Below the pieces are notes generated by a model. It was not told where the DNA came from. It searched no databases and was given only the letters and a program-made list of their open reading frames with translations. Source: a candidate division FCPU426 bacterium (GTDB lineage: Bacteria > Oederibacteriota > Muellerivitia > Muellerivitales > Muellerivitaceae). From it: 64,000 bases of DNA. The position numbers were made by a program, and so were the translations under genes. Below, piece by piece: positions 57,801 to 64,000 of this stretch. The number at the start of each line of letters is the position of its first letter. Position 1 is the first letter of the stretch. The stretch spans positions 31-64,030 of the forward strand of contig PLZG01000064.1 in NCBI GenBank assembly GCA_003152075.1. The letters are read 5' to 3'.

Positions 57801-60800
57801 GGGAATCACCTCGTCCAAGAACGTGGTATTGACCGGGAACAACGGCACCTTCGACACCAACGGGTTTAACTCAACCCTGTCGGGCGTGATCAGCGGCTCC
57901 GGCGGACTCAATAAGAACGGCTCGGGGATATTGACCCTTTCAGGTTCGGATACTTACACGGGATTCACGAACATCAACGCCGGCACGCTTTTCATGGGCG
58001 CGGCCAATGTTTTGTCCAATAGCACGACGGTTTCACTGGCCAGCGGAACGGTTTTGGACTTGGGTAGCAACAACCAATCCATCGGTTCGCTCACGGGCTC
58101 GGGCGGGGTTTCCCTGGGTTCGGCTTCCTTAACGGCGGGAACCAACAACCAAACCACGGCCTATTCGGGTGTCATCGGCGGAACGGGTTCCCTGACCAAA
58201 ACCGGGACGGGCACCTTCACCCTTTCGGGAACCAACACCTTCAGCGGCGGCACGACCTTCACTGCGGGCATCGTTTCCGTGGGCAACGACAACAACCTGG
58301 GCACGGGGAACCTCACCTTCAACGGCGGCACCCTGCAGACCTCGGCGGGCATTACTTCCTCCAAGAACGCGGCCTTTACCTCCAACAACGGAACTTTCAA
58401 CACCAACGGGTTCAATTCAACCTTGAACGGTGTGTTGAGCGGAGCGGGGGCCTTGACCAAAACCGGGAACGGGACCTTGACCTTGACCGGGACCAACACC
58501 TATGGCGGGGGTACCACGGTCAACGGCGGCACCTTGAACGTCGACAATGACAATAACCTGGGAACTGGCCTTTTGGCCTTGAACGGGACGACCCTTCAAA
58601 CGGCGGCGGGTATCAACTCGGCCAGCCGGTCCATCGTCCTGGCGGGTTCGGATAATCTCGATACCCAATCCTTCAATTCCACCTTTGGCGGGATAGTGAG
58701 CGGCACGGGAAGCCTGACCAAGACCGGCTCCGGGAGCTTGACCTTGACGGGCGGCAACACCTACAGCGGGGGGACTTCCATCAACGGCGGCCTCTTGAGC
58801 GTGGGCGCGGACAACAACCTGGGGACGGGTAACTTGGAGTTCAATAGCTCGACCCTCCAACTTTCCTCCAGCTTTAACACGGCCAAGAACGTCAGCCTGG
58901 GCGCGGGCGGCGTGACCGTGGACACGAACGGGAACATCCTTTACGTGGGCGGGACCGTCTCGGGAACGGGAAGGCTCACCAAGACCGGATCCGGAGCCCT
59001 CACCCTCACGGGGACCAATAGTTACAGTGGTGGGACCAACCTGAACGCCGGGACCCTGGACGTGGGTAACGACAACAACCTGGGCACGGGGAACCTGACC
59101 TTCAACGGCGGCACCTTGCAGACCACGGCGGGGATCAGTTCTTCCAAGAACATCTCCCTGACGGGCAATGGCACCTTCGATTCCAACGGTTCCGATTCGT
59201 CCCTTTCGGGGGTCATCAGCGGCACGGGCCAGTTCACCAAGACCGGCGCGGGTTCCCTCACGGTGACCGGGGCCAATACTTACACGGGACTGACCGATGT
59301 CAACAACGGTTCGCTGGTGCTGAGCGTCAGCGGGGCCTTGCGGGCCACCGCGGCCGTCACCGTGGAATCGTCCGGGACGCTCGACCTGGGCGGCAAGGAC
59401 CAGACCCTGGGGAACCTTTCCGGCTCGGGCCTGGTGCTTTTCGGCGCCGGCAACCTGAAGGTGGGGGATTCCACCAACCAGCTTTTCTCCGGCGTCATGT
59501 CCGGCGCGGGAAGCCTGACTAAGACGGGAAGCGGCGCCCTGACCTTGACGGCCGCCAACAGCTACAGCGGCGGCACCAGCGTTTCCGGCGGCACCTTGAA
59601 CGTGGACAACGACAACAACCTGGGAACGGGGAACCTCGTCCTCGACGGCGGCAGCCTGCAGACGGCGGCGGGGATCACTTCCGCCAAGAATATCCAGCTG
59701 ACGTCCAACAACGGCGCCTTCGACAGCCAGGCTTTCAATTCCACCCTCTCCGGCGACATTTCAGGCGTGGGCGGCCTGACGAAATTAGGCTCCGGTGCCT
59801 TGACCATGACCGGTGTCAATACTTTCACGGGCGGCATGCTGGTTTCGGCCGGCACGGTGGCCTTGGGCGACGCCGGTTCGTTAACCGCCCGGATCAACGG
59901 GCCTGTCTCCATCGCCAGCGGGGCGACCCTGACGGGCTACGGGTCCATCCTGGGCGTCGTCAACAACAACGGAACGGTCCAGCCAGGGGGCAACAACGGC
60001 ACCCTGTCTATCGGCCAACTGTTTGACACGGCCACCAGCTCGACGAACATCGAATTGGCCCCCGGCAATCTCCAATCCGGAAGGCTGAACGTCCTTTTCG
60101 GCCAATTGAACGGCGCTTTGACTATCGCCGCCGATCCGGGCAATTATGGGGTACGGTACAAGTACATCATCCTCACCACGGGAGCCCCGGTGACGGGTAG
60201 CTTCGCCAGCGTGTCGGATAACCTGTCGTATATGACGCCAACGCTTCTTTACGGCAACAACGCGGTGACGCTGGTGCTGACCCGCAACAACGCGGACTTC
60301 ACGACCTCCGCGGCCACGTCCAACCAAAAGGCGGTGGCGACGGTCCTGAACTCGGCGATCCCCACGGCCTCGGACGATTTCGTGGCCCTCTTGAACGTGC
60401 TTTACGGCCTTCCGGCGGCCCAACAGCAGTCGTCCCTGGCCCAGATGAACGGCTCGTCCTACGCACCCCTGGCGGCCGTGATGGTGAACAACAACGCTTC
60501 CTCGGTCAACCTGCTGATGCAAAGGGCGGGCGGGCCCGGCTTTGTGCCGCCCTCCTCGTTCCAATCCATGCTGGTGGGCCGCGCGGCCTTCGACCTGACC
60601 GACACCGCCCCCAGCCTCTCGGCGGGGCTGAAGGAAGCCCAAAACTCGCCCGAGAATTCCGGGCTCTGGGTGGAAAGCTCCAGCGGTTCCTTAAGCCAGG
60701 ACGGCAACGGCAACGTGGTGGGCTACAAGTCCCAAAACACGGGTTTCCTGGGCGGCTACGACGTGGCCCTGGCCAAAAACCTGCGGGGCGGCCTGTGGGG

Positions 60801-61488
60801 TTCCTACAACCGCATGGACATGAACTCCACGGACGCGGCCGATACCTCCAGCGTGGACAACTACCTGGTGGGCCTCTACGGAGGGCCCAGCTTCGGAAAC
60901 GTGGCCCTCACGGGCGTGGTGGCCTATGGGGTCGACCACTATAAGACCACCCGCGCGGTGGATTTGGGCAGCCAAAGCTCACAGGCCCTGGGCGTTTACG
61001 ACGGTTCGGAACTGATGGGTGCCCTGCGCGCCTCCTACGCCCTGAAGGTCTCGGGCGTCTCGGTCAATCCCCTGGCGGGCTTGCAGTACACCCGGCTGTA
61101 CGAGAACGGATTCACCGAAACCGGCGCGGGCGACCTGAACCTGACCGTGGCTTCCCAGCAATACCAATCCCTGAGGCCCCTGGTGGGCTTCGACGCCTCC
61201 AAGGGTTTCGACCTGGGCGGGGGCACCCAACTGGTGCCGATGGTCAGCGCCAACGTGAGCGAGGAACTGATGGCCTTGAACCCGGCGGTCTCAGCCTCCC
61301 TGGCGGGGGCCCCGGGATCCAACTTCTTGGCAACGGGCATCAATCCCAGCCCCACCCTGGTGGGCCTGTCGGCGGGGGCAAAGCTTTCCTTCGGGCAGGG
61401 GCTCAACCTCTTCGCCCAATACTTGGGCGGCTTCGGCGGCGGACAGAGCTCCAACGCCTTCAACGGCGGGGTGGATTTCTCACTCTAG
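54844..61488 (+). CDS. Type Va autotransporter adhesin (2214 aa): signal peptide, ~27 PATR-type passenger repeats, C-terminal beta-barrel translocator
   Basis: The signal peptide is MNSHSYKKRSRRAISLTAVILTAAFLF. Repeated ~83-aa units read GTLTLTGTNTYSGGTTLxxGTLSVGNDNNLGTGxLTFNGGTLQTSAGITSSKNVVLTGNNGTFDTNGFNSTLSGVISGSG. An autochaperone/linker follows (SSLAQMNGSSYAPLAAVMVNN). A beta-barrel with alternating hydrophobic residues extends to ...NAFNGGVDFSL. Confidence 0.8.
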   Translation: MNSHSYKKRSRRAISLTAVILTAAFLFTPSGKLWAICTPLTVTVTTTAGDTSAGSLGDAINQINASPCGGTINLSGIATGTTITLTGNLPYITQSVTILGNNVNVSGNSSYGILNLGGGVSVAAGLNDSISNINLINGKAQGSNGGSYNEGGGGGLGAGGGIFVNSGVTLTVNTVSFNGDSAVGGTGGNVTSVGNFSPGTYSGGGGGINGSGAGVNGYYSSGVEYSGAGGGVNGGTGSTADNQNGGNGGWGGGGGAAGWGATGGNGGFGGGGGGSDLFQGGNGGFGGGGGADGLGYTGGFGGAYGGRGGCSGCYQNADQAGGGGAGLGGGIFLYQGAALNIAGSTFTSNTVQGGAPGLGAGSISTGGQGLGQDIFTYGSAVVFNGSSITTVPDTIAGTGSVVVSGTGSVTLSAVNTYSGGTTLSGGLLAIGNDNNMGTGNLTFDGGTLFTTAGITSSKGISVTGNGGTFNGNGFNSTLSGAITGTGLLGVRGSGALTLSGNNSSFSGGLSVTGGTLDIGNANNLGTGTLTLDGSKLQTTAGVNASNNLSLTSNNGTIDTNGFNSTLSGTISGSGALTKINAGTLTLTGTNSYGGGTTLTAGRLNINNDNNLGTGLLALNGGVTLQTAAGINSATRSIVLTGSDTFDSNGFNSTLGGTISGSGALTKISAGTLTLTGTNSYGGGTTVSGGTLNINNDNNLGSGLLALNNGTTLQTAAGINSASRSIVLTGIDTFDSNGFNSTLGGVVSGSGSLTKISAGSLTLTGTNTYTGGTTLTGGTLSVGNDNNLGTGNLTFNGGTLQTSAGITSSKNVVLTGNNGTFDSNGSNSTLSGNITGTGGLNKNGLGTLTLSGSNSYSGFTDINAGTLALGSSTALSSNFTAVTIASGAVLGLGGYNATIGSLNGSGGVSLGSGSLTDGGNNTGASFGGVISGTGTFVKVGSAALTLTGTNTYSGGTTLSNGTLSVGNDNNLGTGTLTLNGGTLQTSAGITSSKNVVLTGNNGTFDTNGFNSTLSGVISGSGGLNKNGSGILTLSGSDTYTGFTNINAGTLFMGAANVLSNSTTVSLASGTVLDLGSNNQSIGSLTGSGGVSLGSASLTAGTNNQTTAYSGVIGGTGSLTKTGTGTFTLSGTNTFSGGTTFTAGIVSVGNDNNLGTGNLTFNGGTLQTSAGITSSKNAAFTSNNGTFNTNGFNSTLNGVLSGAGALTKTGNGTLTLTGTNTYGGGTTVNGGTLNVDNDNNLGTGLLALNGTTLQTAAGINSASRSIVLAGSDNLDTQSFNSTFGGIVSGTGSLTKTGSGSLTLTGGNTYSGGTSINGGLLSVGADNNLGTGNLEFNSSTLQLSSSFNTAKNVSLGAGGVTVDTNGNILYVGGTVSGTGRLTKTGSGALTLTGTNSYSGGTNLNAGTLDVGNDNNLGTGNLTFNGGTLQTTAGISSSKNISLTGNGTFDSNGSDSSLSGVISGTGQFTKTGAGSLTVTGANTYTGLTDVNNGSLVLSVSGALRATAAVTVESSGTLDLGGKDQTLGNLSGSGLVLFGAGNLKVGDSTNQLFSGVMSGAGSLTKTGSGALTLTAANSYSGGTSVSGGTLNVDNDNNLGTGNLVLDGGSLQTAAGITSAKNIQLTSNNGAFDSQAFNSTLSGDISGVGGLTKLGSGALTMTGVNTFTGGMLVSAGTVALGDAGSLTARINGPVSIASGATLTGYGSILGVVNNNGTVQPGGNNGTLSIGQLFDTATSSTNIELAPGNLQSGRLNVLFGQLNGALTIAADPGNYGVRYKYIILTTGAPVTGSFASVSDNLSYMTPTLLYGNNAVTLVLTRNNADFTTSAATSNQKAVATVLNSAIPTASDDFVALLNVLYGLPAAQQQSSLAQMNGSSYAPLAAVMVNNNASSVNLLMQRAGGPGFVPPSSFQSMLVGRAAFDLTDTAPSLSAGLKEAQNSPENSGLWVESSSGSLSQDGNGNVVGYKSQNTGFLGGYDVALAKNLRGGLWGSYNRMDMNSTDAADTSSVDNYLVGLYGGPSFGNVALTGVVAYGVDHYKTTRAVDLGSQSSQALGVYDGSELMGALRASYALKVSGVSVNPLAGLQYTRLYENGFTETGAGDLNLTVASQQYQSLRPLVGFDASKGFDLGGGTQLVPMVSANVSEELMALNPAVSASLAGAPGSNFLATGINPSPTLVGLSAGAKLSFGQGLNLFAQYLGGFGGGQSSNAFNGGVDFSL
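56100..60200 (+). repeat. Intragenic ~250-bp tandem repeats (PATR units) with several near-identical neighbours
   Basis: For example, units at 56560-56810 and 56810-57060 differ at only a few positions. Confidence 0.8.
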
Positions 61489-61533
61489 AAATTGATCGAG
61501 GTCATCGCGGGGAGCCGCTTTGACCTCGAAGTG

Positions 61534-61612
61534 ATAATAGCTGTCATTGCGATGAGTGCCCCGCGAATAGCGGGGCGGTTACGACGAAGCAACCTCAGTT
61601 TAAATATGCCTT
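61534..61612 (+). repeat. MITE-like element B, single unit
   Basis: The sequence is GCTGTCATTGCGATGAGTGCCCCGCGAATAGCGGGGCGGTTACGACGAAGCAACCTCAGTTTAAATA. It is preceded by the hairpin TCGAGGTCA...TGACCTCGA after the autotransporter stop. Confidence 0.7.
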
Positions 61613-61645
61613 TACTAAATGGCATTTAATTAACAAGGATAAGCG

Positions 61646-62443
61646 ATGAAAAAATTATTTCTTATCGGAACACTGTTTTTGGTTTTAGCCGGACCAGTTT
61701 TGGGGGACGAAGGCAAGGACGCCGTCCAAAATGGCGACCAGGCTTTTAAAACCCGCGATTACACCGCCGCTTTCCAGTTGTACCAACAGGCGGCGAGGGA
61801 AGGAAACGCCTCGGCCAAGAACAACCTGGGCTATCTTTACGAGCACGGTTTGGGGGCCAAGCAGGACTACGCCCAGGCAGTGTCTTATTACCGTTCCGCC
61901 GCCGAATCGGGCAACGCGGCGGCCCAAAACAACCTGGGCCGTCTTTACGCCAAGGGGTTGGGCGTGGCCAAGGACATGCGGGAATCTTTCCGCCGGCATT
62001 CCCAAGCCGCCCTGCGGGGCGACCCGGAGGGGGAATATTGGGTGGGCTATGATTACGCATTGGGCCGGGGCGTGAAACGCGACCTTACCAAGGCCGCCGG
62101 TTGGATGAAGCAATCGGCCCAGGCTGGTTACGCGCCGGCGCAAGCCGGTTTGGCCTCCCTCTACCAAGAGGGCCTGGGTGTGAAGAAAGATGAATCCCAG
62201 TCTAAGGAATGGGCCCACAAGGCCAAGGCCTCCCAAGCCTCCGAAGTTGAGGCGGCCAAGGAACCCACGGACTCTTATAGCTACACGGTGACCGCGGGGG
62301 ATTGCCTCTGGAAGATTGCCCGGCGCTTGTTGGCCAAGGGCCGCTTGTGGAGCGTGATCTACGAGGCCAACAAGGACCGTGTCCACGATCCTAAGCTGAT
62401 ACATCCGGGAGAGATTCTCACCATCCAAAAAAGCAACAGTTAA
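61646..62443 (+). CDS. Secreted Sel1-repeat protein with C-terminal LysM domain
   Basis: A signal peptide is followed by five Sel1-like repeats (NNLGYLYEHGLGAKQDYAQAVSYYRSAAESGNAAAQNNLGRLYAKGLGV...). The LysM domain is YTVTAGDCLWKIARRL...IHPGEILTI. Confidence 0.7.
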   Translation: MKKLFLIGTLFLVLAGPVLGDEGKDAVQNGDQAFKTRDYTAAFQLYQQAAREGNASAKNNLGYLYEHGLGAKQDYAQAVSYYRSAAESGNAAAQNNLGRLYAKGLGVAKDMRESFRRHSQAALRGDPEGEYWVGYDYALGRGVKRDLTKAAGWMKQSAQAGYAPAQAGLASLYQEGLGVKKDESQSKEWAHKAKASQASEVEAAKEPTDSYSYTVTAGDCLWKIARRLLAKGRLWSVIYEANKDRVHDPKLIHPGEILTIQKSNS

Positions 62444-62535
62444 CCCGCCCTCCGGTATTCCTCGCCGGGCCAATAGATTGTTGTATGGCTTGTCAACCGA
62501 AGGTTAAAGGTAGGTAGGTGGCTTGGCATCCGGGC

Positions 62536-62730
62536 TTCATTTTCCCTGCCGCCATTTCATGGAAGCGGCCGATGTCTTTGTCAAACAGGGCCTTCAAGCG
62601 CAGGGTTATCCGGGCGGACTCCAGGAATGGGCCGAATCGGGATTGCCGGTGGAAGGAACCCAGGTTAAGTAAGTCGACAGTCAAAGTCGATGTGTCCAGG
62701 GGTCGCCAGTTATCCATTATTTACATTTAA
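62536..62730 (+). repeat. Repeat R copy 3 (shorter truncated rhodanese 3' end + clpB-like tag TVKVDVSRGRQLSIIYI*)
   Basis: It encodes ...PCRHFMEAADVFVKQGLQAQGYPGGLQEWAESGLPVEGTQVK* in the rhodanese frame. Confidence 0.8.
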
Positions 62731-62771
62731 GAAAACTGGCCATGCGCGAATTTCAAATATAATTTCCTAAA

Positions 62772-63998
62772 ATGAACCGGACCAACATGACTACCCAAAG
62801 CCGAAACCCCACTTTCATTATCCTCATCCTGGGCGCCCTCTCGACCGTCAGCCCCTTTTCCATCGACATGTACCTTCCCTCCTTTCCCCAGATCGCCCAA
62901 AGCCTGGGCTGTCCCACCGCGCGGGTTTCCCTGTCGCTCTCCAGCTATTTCATCGGCATGGGGCTGGGGCAGATACTCTACGGCCCCTTCCTCGACCACT
63001 TCGGCCGCAAAAGGCCCCTCTATTTCGGGTTGGGGCTTTATATTCTCTCGTCCGTGGGCTGCCTAGCCGCCGGTTCCCTGGAGATCCTCATCGCCCTGCG
63101 CTTCTTGCAGGCTCTCGGCGGTTGCGCGGCGGGGGTGGCTTCCATGGCCATGGTGCGGGACTTCTTCCACGTCAAGGAAAGCGCGAAAGTCTTTTCCCTG
63201 CTCATGCTCATCCTGAGCGTTTCACCCCTCTTGGCGCCAACCGTGGGGGGCTTCGTGACCCTACACTTGGGTTGGCGTTGGATATTCGTTCTTTTGGCGG
63301 CCATTTCCCTAGCCATCCTGGCGGTGGTCATTTTCTTTTTACCCGAAGGCCACAAGCCCGACCCCAAGGCCACCTTGAGTTTCAAGAAAAGCCTCAAGAA
63401 CTTCGCCATGATCCTCAAGGAACCCAAGTTCCACGCCTATGCCATCGTGGGTTCGCTTTCCATCTCGGGCCTGTTCGCCTATATCGCCGGCTCGCCCATC
63501 ATCTTTTTGGAAATCTACAACGTGGGGCCCAAGTTCTATGGCGCCATCTTCGCCCTTCTCGCGGCGGGCTTTATCGGGGGAAGCCAGGTGAATATCTGGC
63601 TCCTCAAGCGTTATTCCAGTGAGGAGATATTGAGGAAGGCCATCTGGGGCCAATGCCTGGTGGGGATGCTGTTCTTGCTCTTTGCCCTGGCCGGCTGGCT
63701 CAACCTGGCGGGAACCCTGGTCTTCCTATTTGCCGTGCTGTCCTGCGCCGGCATGGTCAACCCCAACGCGGGGGCCCTGGCCCTGAGGCCCTTCGGCCGT
63801 CACGCGGGGAGCGCCTCGGCTTTGTTGGGGTTCATCCAGATCAGCTTCGGGTCCCTGACCTCGGGGGCGGTGGGGTTCTTCAATTTCAAGAGCGCCCTTC
63901 CGACCATCACCATTTTGGCACTGACGGCCTTGGCGGGCCTACTGGCCTGCGGTGAGCTTGTCGAACCCGTCTCGGCCCTGGTCAAAAAAACCAGATGA
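62772..63998 (+). CDS. Bcr/CflA-family MFS drug-efflux transporter
   Basis: MYLPSFPQIAQSLG...GRKRPL...LRFLQALGGCAAGVASMAMVRD are family motifs. The product is 408 aa with 12 TM helices. Confidence 0.85.
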   Translation: MNRTNMTTQSRNPTFIILILGALSTVSPFSIDMYLPSFPQIAQSLGCPTARVSLSLSSYFIGMGLGQILYGPFLDHFGRKRPLYFGLGLYILSSVGCLAAGSLEILIALRFLQALGGCAAGVASMAMVRDFFHVKESAKVFSLLMLILSVSPLLAPTVGGFVTLHLGWRWIFVLLAAISLAILAVVIFFLPEGHKPDPKATLSFKKSLKNFAMILKEPKFHAYAIVGSLSISGLFAYIAGSPIIFLEIYNVGPKFYGAIFALLAAGFIGGSQVNIWLLKRYSSEEILRKAIWGQCLVGMLFLLFALAGWLNLAGTLVFLFAVLSCAGMVNPNAGALALRPFGRHAGSASALLGFIQISFGSLTSGAVGFFNFKSALPTITILALTALAGLLACGELVEPVSALVKKTR

Positions 63999-64000
63999 GC

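Noticed and set aside
55555-60975. Many minus-strand P/V/L-rich ORFs, and plus-strand R/G-rich ORFs, inside the autotransporter gene.
   Set aside because: They are alternative-frame or antisense artefacts of the GC-rich, glycine-codon-rich repeat gene.

Overview
This 64-kb window is a bacterial chromosomal segment of about 55% GC. Several secreted proteins carry a T9SS-type C-terminal sorting domain, which points to a Gram-negative organism, probably from the FCB group or a candidate phylum. No rRNA, tRNA or CRISPR array was found.

Main regions, in order:
- 1-2150: a mobile-element-like module with the 3' end of a GGDEF gene, a SpoVG-like gene, an excisionase-like HTH gene and a tyrosine integrase.
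- 2650-11944: an AraC regulator followed by three secreted glycoside hydrolases (GH16 laminarinase with a malectin module, a GH64-like beta-1,3-glucanase, and a GH18 chitinase-like enzyme). Each has a long Thr-rich linker and a T9SS-type C-terminal domain, and a PilZ gene sits between them. The set is consistent with degradation of beta-1,3-glucan plus chitin (fungal wall or laminarin).
- 12407-14942: a umuD-umuC pair, interrupted by a GxxExxY-family gene with repeat flanks.
- 15330-33323: housekeeping and signalling genes. These are an MFS transporter, a Wzy_C/TPR protein, speE, an Orn/Arg decarboxylase, two PilZ genes, a GAF-GGDEF, galE, orn, a PEBP gene, sixA, def and a GH1 beta-glucosidase. 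There is also a 738-aa orphan protein with an internal duplication.
- 33389-46409: a cluster of six large membrane proteins. They are a GT39/PMT-like GT-C glycosyltransferase, YfhO, a fused MFS/spermidine-synthase-like protein, and three paralogous GT-C proteins with C-terminal PA14 domains.
- 46670-49264: clpB.
- 49265-62730: a gene-3'-end-targeted accretion hotspot. Complete clpB and rhodanese genes are each followed by cargo genes, and truncated copies of their own 3' ends lie further downstream. The rhodanese-derived repeat occurs three times in direct orientation. Cargo includes a small Cys-rich secreted peptide, a large beta-propeller-like protein with a C-terminal sorting domain, a 2214-aa autotransporter and a Sel1/LysM protein.
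- Two MITE-like repeat families, each with a copy beginning at a stop codon, and a Bcr/CflA MFS gene at the window end.
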